A stretch of DNA of 64,000 bases from a bacterium (GTDB lineage: Bacteria; Patescibacteriota; Patescibacteriia; UBA2196), in contig DAOOOW010000001.1 in NCBI GenBank assembly GCA_035387885.1, forward strand, positions 43,392 to 107,391, in the 5' to 3' direction. The notes under the pieces are model-generated. The model saw only the letters and a program-made list of their open reading frames with translations, searched no databases and was not told the origin of the DNA. Positions 1 through 10,510 of the stretch are shown one piece after another (position 1 is the stretch's first letter; every line of letters begins with the position of its first letter). A program made the position numbers and the translations under genes.

Positions 1-380
1 CGCTTTTTACATTTTCATTAAAGTAATTTGAATCTTTATTCGGATTCATTCGAAAAAAATTCGTAATAATTCGGAATTTATAATAAAAGATTTTTAAAAG
101 GATATTAGATTTAGTCATATTAGTACGGTCTAGGCTCAATCCCTTACGGGACTTACACCGGACCGCCTATCAACCTCATAGTCTCTGAAGTGACTATAAA
201 TCCTAATCTTGGAGACGGCTTCACGCTTATATGCTTTCAGCGTTTATCCAACCCGAACTTGACTACCCGGCGCTGCCACTGGCGTGACAACCGGCTGATC
301 AGAGGTTCGTCCTTCCCGGTCCTCTCGTACTAGGGAATGAGCTCCTCAAGATTTAACGCTCACAGTAGATAGGAGACCAA

Positions 381-1137
381 CAACTTTGTTACTATTTCTT
401 TTTGAGAAACGGACAAATATTTCTATTTATCTCTCTAATTCGCATTAGAGTTCGGACTATATCTTCCGCGCCTCCTCGGCGGGTCTAGCGTATAGTCTCT
501 GAGGATTTTAAAGATATAAATCTTGTTTTTTCGTTTTACGATACTTACCATTAACATTCATTTTATAAGCCAAATTAATAATTTTTTTAATTCCTGCTCT
601 ATTTGAATGAGCCCCACTTTGCATTAAAAAAACTATTTGCTTAAAAATTGTAAATGACTTTTGTTTGTCAGAAATAAAATTATATTTTTCAAAAAAAGGT
701 ATAATTTTATCAATTAAATCATCTCTATTTCTAACAACAAAAACATATGTATCGTCTTTCTTATTTTTAACATGGTTTTGTTTTAAATATCCGCAATCAA
801 AATATTTCTTTATAGTTTCCAAAATTTCTAATCGTAAATAACTTTGATTAATATGAAATTCTGGAATTACTTTTATTCCCTGTTTCATTTGCGGATCCTT
901 ATAGAAAGCGACATGAAAAGTTCCTTCACCTTCAGTAAAACCAACAATATACCATGGATTTATATGCTTTAATCTTTCCTGCTGATTGTCTGCGCTCAAC
1001 ACATTGTCACTATGTTTTATATTTTTCATCTATTTATTATAACATAGTAGTGTGAGATACTTCAACTCCTGTTCCTAAAAGGAGTTGGCCAGATTTTCCA
1101 GCATTTAGCTAGATTTATAGACAGCATGGATACTCCT
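381..1137 (-). mobile_element. Group I intron in 23S rRNA, inserted after the U equivalent to E. coli 2604
   Basis: Exons rejoin as GUGAGACAGU|UUGGUC. The 5' exon ends in U and the intron ends in G. P1 GCUGUCU pairs with the exon. Core elements P (AAAUGCUGGAAA), Q (AAUCAGCAGG), R (UCAGAGACUAUA) and S (AAGAUAUAGUCC) are present. Confidence 0.92.
508..1029 (-). CDS. Intron-encoded single-motif LAGLIDADG homing endonuclease
   Basis: WYIVGFTEGEGTF motif; located inside the intron. Confidence 0.92.
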   Translation of the reverse strand: MKNIKHSDNVLSADNQQERLKHINPWYIVGFTEGEGTFHVAFYKDPQMKQGIKVIPEFHINQSYLRLEILETIKKYFDCGYLKQNHVKNKKDDTYVFVVRNRDDLIDKIIPFFEKYNFISDKQKSFTIFKQIVFLMQSGAHSNRAGIKKIINLAYKMNVNGKYRKTKKQDLYL

Positions 1138-1171
1138 ACTGTCTCACGACGTTTTGAACCCAGCTCGCGTA

Positions 1172-1205
<34 letters not shown>

Positions 1206-1212
1206 GCTTCTA

Positions 1213-1248
<36 letters not shown>

Positions 1249-1475
1249 GAACTCCGCCGTCGCTATGGACGCTTGGGCGGAACTAGCCTGTTATCCCCGG
1301 AGTAGCTTTTATTCAATGATCTTTCAGCCACCTATATGGCATGATCGGTTCACTAACTTATGCTTTCGCAACTGCTCGTCTTGTTGGACTTGCAGTAAAG
1401 CAGGCTTAAGGGTTTGCCCTATCAATCCCGTTTCCATCGGGATCTAGCCTACCTTTGTAAATGCCTCCGTTACTT

Positions 1476-1507
<32 letters not shown>

Positions 1508-2180
1508 ACCAGATAATGTCCCCCTATAGGGGTTAGACTTACTAAATAACAAGGGTGGTATCTCACTATTGTCCCGATTGCTCGGGGCTCCCACCTATGC
1601 TGAACATGTTAATCAATAAATCAATATCAAGTTGTAGTAAAGCTTCACGGGGTCTTTTCGTCTAACTGTGAGAAGCCAGCATCTTTACTGGCATTGCAAT
1701 TTCACCGAGTCCCTTTTTAAGACAGTTTTCAGACCGTTATGCCATTCGTGCAGGACGGAACTTACCCGTCAAGGAATTTCGCTACCTTAGGACGATTATA
1801 GTTATCGCCGGCGTTCATCCGCGCTTCGGATCAGAGCTAGTCTCGATAAATCGATTTTCACCCCTCACGTTAACGTTCGGACACTGGCCAGGCATCAGCC
1901 CCTATACGTAGTCTTGCGACTTAGCAGGGACCTGTGTTTTTGGTAAACAGTCGCCTGAAACACGTTGGTTGCACCCCACATTGCTGTGGGGAGAGCTTAT
2001 CCCGAAGTTACGCTCGTTTTTTTGCCGAGTTCCTTAAAAAAGGGTTCTCTCGTTCACCTTAGTATACTCAACCCGCCTACCTGTGTCGGTTTACGGTACG
2101 GTTACTTTAATTCATGACTCTTGGTTTTTCTTGGCATTCAATCACATGAATTCGATCCAGCCGGAGCTTTCACTTCTACC

Positions 2181-2365
2181 AGCCGCGCCTCGTTAGACTC
2201 GGGCGGAAATCTCAAATTCCAAATCCTAAATTCCAAATAAATATCAAATTTAAAAAATCAAATTATAAATTATTTTAAAATTTAAAAATTTAATCATTAA
2301 AAATTATTTGGAAATTGAAAATTGAAAATTGGAAATTCCGTGCCGAATGCAATGAGGCACGGCCG
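2181..2365 (-). repeat. AT-rich long-hairpin insertion (IVS-like) in 23S, approx. helix 54-59 region
   Basis: GC-rich basal stem enclosing AAATTCC/AAATCCT heptamer-like arms and complementary TTGGAAA arms. Confidence 0.75.
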
Positions 2366-2652
2366 GAACGTCATAGCCATAGGACGCTCATTCACTTGAA
2401 TACGTCGCCAAAAAGATAAAATTAAAGTAGGACAGGAATATTAACCTGTTCTTCCATCTTGTGTGACCCTTGGGCCATACAATTAGGATCGCCTAACCCT
2501 GGGATGACAGTCATTGCCCAGGAAACCTGAGGCTTTCGGTGGGCAGGATTCTCACCTGCCTTTTTGTTACTCATGCCAACATTCTTACTTCTGCTTCCTC
2601 CACACTCCCTCGCGGGATATGCTTCGCAGGTTAACAGAATACTCCTCTACCA

Positions 2653-2812
2653 CATCACTGCTACGCAGTGGAAATCCGAAATCACAAATTCTAAATCCGA
2701 AACAATATCTAAATTCAAAAAAATAAAATATTAAAATTTTAAATTTAAATTTTTTAAATTTGTTTCGAATTTCGATATTCGAATTTCGTGCTTCCATTGC
2801 GAAGCAATGACA
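2653..2812 (-). repeat. IVS-like hairpin insertion in 23S helix 45
   Basis: Lies between CTCCTCTACC and CATCTTCGGT..TTAGCCCCG (helix 45 context); stem CTGCTACGCAGTGGAA / TTCCATTGCGAAGCA with AT-rich arms. Confidence 0.8.
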
Positions 2813-2889
2813 TCCTCATCTTCGGTATTATATTTAGCCCCGAACATTTTTGGCGCATCTTCTCTTGACCAGTGAGCTATTACGCTATC

Positions 2890-2921
<32 letters not shown>

Positions 2922-3505
2922 TGGTTGTATGAGAAAAAACACCACCTTTAACACTTAATATAAATTTAGGGACCTTAGATAGAGATCTGGGCTGTTTCCC
3001 TTTTGACAATGAAGCTTAGCCCCCACTGTCTGACTACTGGAAATTTTAACCGGTATTCGGAGTTTGGTTGGGGAGGATATCTTGCGACTCCAGCCCCATC
3101 CAGTGCTCTACCCCCGGTTAAATATTAACCAGCGCTAGCCCTGAAGCTATTTCGAGGAGAACCAGCTATTACCAGGTTCGATTGGAATTTCACCCCTAAC
3201 CACAGCTCATCCCCGCGTGTTGTACGGCGCGTGAGTTCGGACCTCCTCCCACATTTCTGAGGGACTCATCCTGGCCATGGCTAGATCACCTGGTTTCGGG
3301 TCATACACATGCTGCCTTAAACGCCCATTTAAGACTTGGTTTCCCTATGCCTTAATCCGATTAACGGACTTAGACAAGCAACATAAGTATACTCGTTGGC
3401 TCATTCTTCAATAGGCACACCATTGTCCCGATTACTCGAGACTTTGATTCTTTGAAAACGTATGGTTTCAGAAACTATTTCATCCCCCTCACCGGGGTGC
3501 TTTTA

Positions 3506-3536
<31 letters not shown>

Positions 3537-3785
3537 ATCTTCGAAAGTATTTAGCCTTGGGGCATAGTCGCCCCTGCTTCAAACAGGATTTCACGTGTCC
3601 TGCCCTACTTAAGGTTCGTCATAATGAGATCTTTTCTTTTTGTATACTGGACTATCACCATCTGTGGTATTAGCTTTCCAGCTAATTTCTACTAAGAAAA
3701 AATTTTGTAACTCATTTTTTGTGTTATAAGCCACAAAAACTGACGCCTTGCAACACCTTAAACAGCAACGGCTCATACCTTTAAA

Positions 3786-3909
3786 TACCGCTGCTCCGCA
3801 TCGGCATGCTAATTAATACAAATTATTTACGAATTATACAAATATAAATATTCGTAATAATTCGCAATTTTAATTCGCAAAATTCGCAGTCCAATGCGAA
3901 GCATTGGTA
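3786..3909 (-). repeat. IVS-like hairpin insertion in 23S helix 16-18 region
   Basis: Stem CTGCTCCGCATCGG / CCAATGCGAAGCA with an ATTCGCA-repeat arm. Confidence 0.7.
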
Positions 3910-4018
3910 AAACACTGTTTAGGTTTAGGCTTTTCCCGGTTCGTTCGCCACTACTACGGGAATCATTATTATTTTATTTTCCTCCGCTTACTGAGATGTT
4001 TCACTTCAGCGGGTAAGC

Positions 4019-4147
4019 ATCCCTCACTAACTTTTTGCTCCTTTAAAATTTAATCTTAAACATTTTTTGTTCATAAATATTTTATTTTTTATTTACAAAC
4101 ATTTTTATAAAAAAGATAAAATAATAAGCAGAAAGTTAGTGAGGGAT
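4019..4147 (-). repeat. IVS/MITE-like insertion in 23S helix 10
   Basis: Inverted repeats CCCTCACTAACTTTTTGCT / AGCAGAAAGTTAGTGAGGG around an AT-rich core. Confidence 0.75.
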
Positions 4148-4424
4148 AACGCAGGTTTACTACGTTGAGTTTCCTCATTCGGAAATCTCCGGATCAAAGT
4201 TTGCTTGGGAACTCCCCGGAGCTTATCGCACCCTGCCACGTCCTTCATCGCCTTTCGAAGTCTAGGCATCCACCATACGCCATAGTTCTAATATCCTTTT
4301 AAAAATCTTTTATTTTAAAATTTGAAACGTATTTATTACGTGCCTGCCCCGCATTTGCGGGGTAAAAAGATCACGCTTGTCCCGCGACTGCGGGATAAAT
4401 TCGCTTCGTTTTTACTCGATGTAC

Positions 4425-4549
4425 ATCCAGCACTAACTTTTTGCCAGTTTAAATATTTATTCTTAAAAACATTATTTAAAAAAATAATTTCTATTTTCCA
4501 TTAAACAAGGTCAATTAAAAAATAAATAAGCAAAAAGTTAGTGCTGGAT
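4425..4549. repeat. Second copy of the CACTAACTTTTTGC inverted-repeat element, in the 23S leader
   Basis: ATCCAGCACTAACTTTTTGC ... GCAAAAAGTTAGTGCTGGAT. Confidence 0.75.
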
Positions 4550-4590
4550 AAATTGCTTTTACTTTATATATTGATTTCTCCTTTAATAAA

Positions 4591-4876
4591 TTTTTAAAGT
4601 CCTATCCTTATCAACTAATTTCCATCTATTATATATAAACAAAAATTAACTGATAAATTTTTTCAAAATATTCGCATTTAATTCGCAATTTCAATTCGCA
4701 CAATTCGCATAAAATAAAATACCCGCTCTTTCTTAAGCGGGCAAAAAACAAAGGTACACAAAATTAACCGCTTAAAGAAAATAAGATTAGTTTTTTAGTA
4801 TACATAAATAAATATAGTTGTGGATAAGTAAATTTTTATCTTTACCTATTATAGGATATAAAAAAAAGCTTGTCAA
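4591..4876 (-). promoter_or_regulatory. Sigma70 promoter of the 23S gene plus boxA-like motif
   Basis: TTGACA (4876-4871), 17 bp spacer, TATAAT (4853-4848); AGGACTTTAAAAA at 4603-4591. Confidence 0.75.
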
Positions 4877-4887
4877 ATGTTTAAAAG

Positions 4888-5112
4888 CTATTTTTTAATA
4901 AATGGCAAAAGACCCATAATACGGGCTCTTTTTATGGCCGTAGCAACTTTTCTTTGATGTTTCGCGCAAAGTCCAGAACGACGTCGAGGAACTATTCTGG
5001 CATAATGGGAGACAAATCGTTGTAATTCTAAAACATCCTTGAAATCAACAGGAATATTTTTATTGACGCAATAATAGCAATTTTTTTGTTCAGTAGTATT
5101 GGTTGACATCAT
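4888..5112 (-). CDS. rpsR: 30S ribosomal protein S18
   Basis: CYYC...IVPRRRSGLCAKHQRKVATAIKRARIMGLLPF. Confidence 0.97.
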   Translation of the reverse strand: MMSTNTTEQKNCYYCVNKNIPVDFKDVLELQRFVSHYARIVPRRRSGLCAKHQRKVATAIKRARIMGLLPFIKK

Positions 5113-5188
5113 ATATATATTCTAAAATTATTTTCTATTTTATTTTCCGCGTAGTTCAGCGTTATGTCCGTTTTAATCAGCATTTTTT

Positions 5189-5707
5189 TTAAAAAGGAAC
5201 AGTTTCTGAAGAAATATTATCAAAATTGACTTCTTCTAAAGGATTGCCAAATTCATCTAAATTAATGGTTTCTATTTTTTCAGTCACAGATTCGCTTATG
5301 GGCATATTTGGACTACTGGCTGATGTAAAAGTATTTTGAGCTGGTCGAGCTTGATAGGAAGAACTACCGTCACTTGGAGTTGTTCTCGGACCGAGTTGAA
5401 TGCTTTCAGCGACAATTTCTGTTTTATATTTAGTTGTACCATCTGGTGCTTTCCAATTTCTGGTTTGTAATCTGCCTTCTACTAAAAGGATACTACCTTT
5501 CCTAGAATATTGATTGACAATTTCGGCCAATCTAGACCAAGCTACAATATTATGAAATTCAGTGGACTCTTGTTTTTGTTTGGCATCATTATACCAGACG
5601 CGATTAGTGGCTAAACTTATTTGGGCCACGGTTTGTCCGGTGGTAGTAGTTCGAATTTCCGGATCTTTAGTTAAGCGTCCGATAAGATAAACTTTATTAA
5701 GATTCAT
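5189..5707 (-). CDS. ssb: Single-stranded DNA-binding protein
   Basis: NKVYLIGRLTKDPE, VEGRLQTRNW, C-terminal VPF; rpsF-ssb-rpsR synteny. Confidence 0.97.
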   Translation of the reverse strand: MNLNKVYLIGRLTKDPEIRTTTTGQTVAQISLATNRVWYNDAKQKQESTEFHNIVAWSRLAEIVNQYSRKGSILLVEGRLQTRNWKAPDGTTKYKTEIVAESIQLGPRTTPSDGSSSYQARPAQNTFTSASSPNMPISESVTEKIETINLDEFGNPLEEVNFDNISSETVPF

Positions 5708-5869
5708 ACAATTAGATAATAATTAAACTCGTGGTATTGAGTGATGTTATCGATTACGTGAAGTTGTGTTAAATTTGTTTTTATCGCCACTTTACGCCAT
5801 ATATTACGCCACTTTACGCCATAAGTTAAATTTTCTTAATTGATAAAATTATTTTTTAGGTTAAAATAA

Positions 5870-6418
5870 TTAAACATTTTCATTACTTAAGATATCATCC
5901 AATTTTTGATCTAATTCCTCCATGCTAATTTTATTTTCTTTTTTATGATTCTTGATTTCCAAATCTGGCTCTGCGACTGTTGGTTCCATTACTTTCTCGA
6001 CCACCTCTGGTTCTTTCCTAACATTTTCTCTGCGTTCACTGTTATTATATTGATTATTGGCACCATAAGGGGCTCGAACATCTTCTTCTCTGTAAACCAA
6101 TTTTGGTAACTCTGTTTTTTGGTCAACAAATTTGGAAACTTCAAATCTTAAAATATCTGGCAATAAACGCAACTCACGCCATAGTTTGTCGGCATCTTCT
6201 TTAAGTACATTTTCTAAATCTAAAATAAAATTGGTATAAAAAGCATGACGGACTTTCTTTATAGGGAAAGCCAATTTCCTTTTACCAATTTTATCTTCAG
6301 CAACAACAAGCACGCCAAATTTTTGGAGTAATGCGCTAATATTCTTACTCATTTCCACTAATTGTTCTTCTGTATTATTGGGTAGTAAGACAAATAAATT
6401 ATATTTATTCATAGTCAT
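5870..6418 (-). CDS. rpsF: 30S ribosomal protein S6 with acidic C-terminal extension
   Basis: GKRKLAFPIKK motif; synteny. Confidence 0.9.
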   Translation of the reverse strand: MTMNKYNLFVLLPNNTEEQLVEMSKNISALLQKFGVLVVAEDKIGKRKLAFPIKKVRHAFYTNFILDLENVLKEDADKLWRELRLLPDILRFEVSKFVDQKTELPKLVYREEDVRAPYGANNQYNNSERRENVRKEPEVVEKVMEPTVAEPDLEIKNHKKENKISMEELDQKLDDILSNENV

Positions 6419-6534
6419 ATTTATAATTATTTAAATATTCGCCTGCCTGCCGGCGAGGCAGGTAATAATTCGGGTAATTATTTTATTCGGATTAATTCGT
6501 AGGTAATATAGATTGACTATAATTTATCATAAGT

Positions 6535-9126
6535 TTATTTTTTTGGCAAGGGGTGCCTCAATCGCCAAATTAAAATAACTAAAATTAAAATAATTAACCA
6601 AGAAAAAACCAACAAATATGGCCACCAAGTACTCAATTTCTTTTCTTGGCCAGAAATTGTTGGATTTTTTGTTTCTTGCGAGTTGTTGGTGATAATAATA
6701 TCTTCTTGGCTTCTTGGCAAAATCCTTAAACCACTTTCGGTGGGCGAAAAAATACCACTTACTGCAACTCTGGCAGCTAAAGTTAAATTAAGTTCAGACA
6801 TATTTAAATTAGTGCCGGACTTTAAAGTTACTTTGATTTCACCGCTCCCATCATCTAACCAAAAATAATCTTTACCAATGTCTGTAATTTCGCCAATTAT
6901 TTTTATTAAAGAACCTTTCCAGGAGTCATCTTCTTTTAATTCAACAATCTCAATTTGTTCGGCTTGAGGCAAATCTGCCAGAGCTATTTTTGTAATGGCC
7001 GATTGATCTTTAATTTTAATTCTTCTTTCACCATAAGCTGTGCTTAATTCCCCAACAATTTGCAGGCGCTCGCCAAGTTGTAATTCTGGCCAATCTTTTT
7101 TAGAAGAATATATTTGTATACCTTCAGTCCCGACCACATAAAAAATGTTTACACCCAAAACTCCAGGCAAAACCGCCACCACTCCCTCGATTTGTACGTT
7201 GGTGCCATCTGCCAATTCTTTAATATCGGCCAAGGTTGTTTTTGTCAAACTTGTACCTAAAACTTTTGTAGTAGTTTTTTTAGTTGTCGCAGTTGTAGCT
7301 GCTTTAGGAGTAGTATTTTCTTCTTCTTGCCACCAAAATTTTTCTGCCACTTCTGATTTAATAATTTCAGTTTTTTCATCAAACAAATTTTCTGAATCAA
7401 TAACTTTTAAACCAATTTTTAAAGGCAATTTATCTAATTTAATAGTTAAAAGCGGGGAAGAGGTCGAAAATGTGCTGGTGGCATTATTTAAAATACTAAC
7501 TGGATAATTAAAATGCCATTCGTAAATTAAATCTTCACCTTCAGGATCACTTGATTCGCTAGCATCTAATAAAATTTCTTGGCCCGAATTTATTTCCCCA
7601 CTGACTTCAAAATAGGCATCAGGGGCTAAATTATTTCTAGTGTATAAATTAATGGCTAAAGGTGTGGCAGTTTTAGACCAATAATATTGTCCATCAGCAG
7701 CCAACATATAGACTTCGCCTTCTAAAACATTTTTAGAATATTTAAGAGTATCGACAATTTTACCTGTTGGATCAAGCAATTGGATTTCTTCACCGCCAGT
7801 ATTTTTTAAATTCAAATTAGTAATATATTTTGGCAAAAGAAAAAAATGTCCAGCTTCCAAATAAGGCCACTTAAAATCTGTTTCTTTAATAATGTATTCA
7901 CCAAGTTCAGTTTTAATTTTCCAATCAACCAAAGGAAACATTTCGCCTTCTAAACTTTTTATTTCTATCCACTCGCCTAAATTTTCTGAATTTATTTCTT
8001 TATTTAAAATTTTTTTCTGATCAAAAGGCTTGTCTAGCTTTAAATTGCCAAAATCTGAGCCAATTGGATTAGCCATAATTTCATTAAGCTTAAATCTTTG
8101 GGCATAAGTTTTTATATAAGATGCGCCCGAACCACCGCCAGCGGTTTCTTTTTGTATTTCCGTAATAATATTATCATTATTTTGTGTTTGGCTAGTACTC
8201 CAATACCAAACACTAAACTCGTCTCTAGCCCAAACAACTTCTTCGGGCGCGCTTTCAATGTAACTAATTTCACAAACTAAATTATTTTGCTCATCAAATA
8301 GACGCACTGTTTCTCCACCTGTATTATTTAAAGATAAACCAGTAATATTTTTGGGTAGCACAAAAAAACCATTGTCCAAAATTGTAGTTGTAGCAAAATC
8401 CGCAATTTTAATAACATAACTGGTGTTAGCCAAATCACTAATTTTCCAATTAATCAAATCAATCGTTGTAGTGCTTAAATTTTTTAATTCAATCCATTCA
8501 TTATCATCAACTCCAGCTGGATTAGGCAGCAACTCATTAATAACGATTTTATGGTCAGAAGTTTCTACGGCTGGCGCGACAACCCCAGAACTATTTTGGG
8601 CTTGGGGTGTACCATTGGCCAGGGCGCTGTTTTGCCAATTCAAATCAGTTTTTCTTTCCATGGTTAATTTATTATCTTTATCACCGGCCAACCAGGCACT
8701 GCTATTATCAACCAGGTCAATAACCTGGCCTTCGCTGTCAATTAACTGCAATATTTCTCCTGTATCTTCCAGAGCACCAGAATAAATTTGATTAGCCACA
8801 ATTTCTGGCACAGTATTATCGTCTGTGCGTTCTAATAGATAATATTCGCCGGCAGCTAAAGTACTAGAAGCTAAGTGGATTAAGGGTGAGCCATCTTCAG
8901 CTTTAAGAATCCAGCCTGTTAAATCAATGCTTTGTGAACTAATATTTTTTAATTCTAACCATTCCTTACTGGATGAATCGCTATTACCCATCCAAGCAAT
9001 TTCATTAATTAAAACATCTTGGAAATTAACTGCTTGCGCTGGTTTTAAAAATAAAAAAATCCCGCTAAATAGCGAGACACCAAAACAAGCAAATATTATA
9101 ATAAATTTTAGCAGTTTACTTTGCAT
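6535..9126 (-). CDS. Surface protein with about three lamin-tail domains, a PKD-like domain, OB-fold-like domains and a C-terminal TM anchor
   Basis: Repeated INE(I/L)..N..G...EW(I/L)E(L/I)K; LDASESSDPEGEDLIYEWHF (PKD); C-terminal hydrophobic helix; start reassigned to MQSKLL. Confidence 0.8.
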   Translation of the reverse strand: MQSKLLKFIIIFACFGVSLFSGIFLFLKPAQAVNFQDVLINEIAWMGNSDSSSKEWLELKNISSQSIDLTGWILKAEDGSPLIHLASSTLAAGEYYLLERTDDNTVPEIVANQIYSGALEDTGEILQLIDSEGQVIDLVDNSSAWLAGDKDNKLTMERKTDLNWQNSALANGTPQAQNSSGVVAPAVETSDHKIVINELLPNPAGVDDNEWIELKNLSTTTIDLINWKISDLANTSYVIKIADFATTTILDNGFFVLPKNITGLSLNNTGGETVRLFDEQNNLVCEISYIESAPEEVVWARDEFSVWYWSTSQTQNNDNIITEIQKETAGGGSGASYIKTYAQRFKLNEIMANPIGSDFGNLKLDKPFDQKKILNKEINSENLGEWIEIKSLEGEMFPLVDWKIKTELGEYIIKETDFKWPYLEAGHFFLLPKYITNLNLKNTGGEEIQLLDPTGKIVDTLKYSKNVLEGEVYMLAADGQYYWSKTATPLAINLYTRNNLAPDAYFEVSGEINSGQEILLDASESSDPEGEDLIYEWHFNYPVSILNNATSTFSTSSPLLTIKLDKLPLKIGLKVIDSENLFDEKTEIIKSEVAEKFWWQEEENTTPKAATTATTKKTTTKVLGTSLTKTTLADIKELADGTNVQIEGVVAVLPGVLGVNIFYVVGTEGIQIYSSKKDWPELQLGERLQIVGELSTAYGERRIKIKDQSAITKIALADLPQAEQIEIVELKEDDSWKGSLIKIIGEITDIGKDYFWLDDGSGEIKVTLKSGTNLNMSELNLTLAARVAVSGIFSPTESGLRILPRSQEDIIITNNSQETKNPTISGQEKKLSTWWPYLLVFSWLIILILVILIWRLRHPLPKK

Positions 9127-9210
9127 AAGATCATTTTTATTATAACACTTTTTAAAAACCGCCAAAAGACTATAAATAAAATTTAAATTAGTATATAATA
9201 AAATCATTAT

Positions 9211-9292
9211 GCCGATGTGGTGCAATTGGTAGACACGCATGGTTTAGGACCATGTGGGGCAACCCATGAGAGTTCGAGTCTCTCCATCGGCA
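9211..9292 (+). tRNA. tRNA-Leu(TAG)
   Basis: Cloverleaf with CATGG-TTTAGGA-CCATG anticodon arm and long variable arm. Confidence 0.95.
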
Positions 9293-9312
9293 AATTTACT
9301 TTAATTCTATAA

Positions 9313-9922
9313 ATGAATGCCTCTAAAAAACACAATAAATTAATAGCGATTTTAGAAATTATTTTAATCTTTATCCTGCCTGTTTTGTTTTTGCGTTTGA
9401 GTATCATACCTAGAAATTTTTATTTACAAGTCTTGACAATTTGTACATTTTTAGTAATTGGATTAATTTTTATAGAAAAAATATCTTCAAAAAATCTAAA
9501 CATTAGAATTGACAATTTTAAAAAAACAATTTTTCCGCACTTTATTATTACTTTTGTGGGGGGGGGTAACTTTAATAGTTATGGCTATAATTCTTCATAA
9601 AGAAAAAATCAGTCTAAACCTCTGGTCGTTATTTTTTTTCTGGTCAATACCCATAAGTTTTATACAAGAATTTTTATACCGAGGCTTTTTAATATACAAA
9701 TTAAAAAAAATATTTAGTTCTAGTATCTTAATAATTCTAATTAATGCCAGTCTGTTTGCTTTTATGCATATTATATATGAACCTCTGGCCTTAATTTTAT
9801 TATTAACTTTTGTTCCTGGGCTTTTCTTATCCTGGTTATCTCTTAAATTCCCCAATCTGTGGCTACTTTCTTTAAGTCATGGCATTCTTAATTTTTTTGC
9901 TATTTGGTATGCTTTTTTTTAA
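9313..9922 (+). pseudogene. CPBP/CAAX (Abi) family intramembrane protease, frameshifted at a G9 tract
   Basis: QEFLYRG, FAFMH and HGILN motifs in ORF 9509-9922; the N-terminal half 9313-9600 joins in frame if G9 (9558-9566) is G8. Confidence 0.8.
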
Positions 9923-9934
9923 CCTTAAATTCTT

Positions 9935-10375
9935 ATGAGAGCATTTAAATATTACACTGTAAGTATCTTAACCTTTTTAGGAAATATTTTTTTGGCTTGG
10001 CTACTCGTATATTATGGGGGAATTCAATATATTATTGCCACGACGCTTGGTTTTTTATTTCAAACCTTGATGGCATTTTTTGTAAATAAAAAATGGACTT
10101 TCCATAAAGTAAAATTCCCGATATTTAAACCAGTTATTAAATTTTTAATTAGTAAAAAAATAATTCATCCGAAAAACAATCTCCCCAAAAGTATTTTAAT
10201 TACTACAATTGTTCAAATACTGGTCTTTCTCTTTGTTATTGCAGGTACAACAATTGGGATTAATACGTTTCAGTGGTCGTTTATTTTTTCTCGAATTTTA
10301 GCAGGAATAATTGCTGGTTTTCTGAGTTATTGCATGGACTCATATTTTACATTTAAAACAATACCATTTCGTTAA
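9935..10375 (+). CDS. GtrA-like membrane protein
   Basis: Four TM helices; FFVNKKWTF and YFTF motifs. Confidence 0.7.
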   Translation: MRAFKYYTVSILTFLGNIFLAWLLVYYGGIQYIIATTLGFLFQTLMAFFVNKKWTFHKVKFPIFKPVIKFLISKKIIHPKNNLPKSILITTIVQILVFLFVIAGTTIGINTFQWSFIFSRILAGIIAGFLSYCMDSYFTFKTIPFR

Positions 10376-10510
10376 ATAGTTAAAATTAATATATTATTCT
10401 TTTCCTTAAAAATCTGTTATAATAAATTCATCTTAAATATTTTCGCGTTCTTCCGCGATTTCTGTCAGCGTCCAGTCCGCGTCCAGTCCGCGTTAGTCCG
10501 CGTTTATTAT

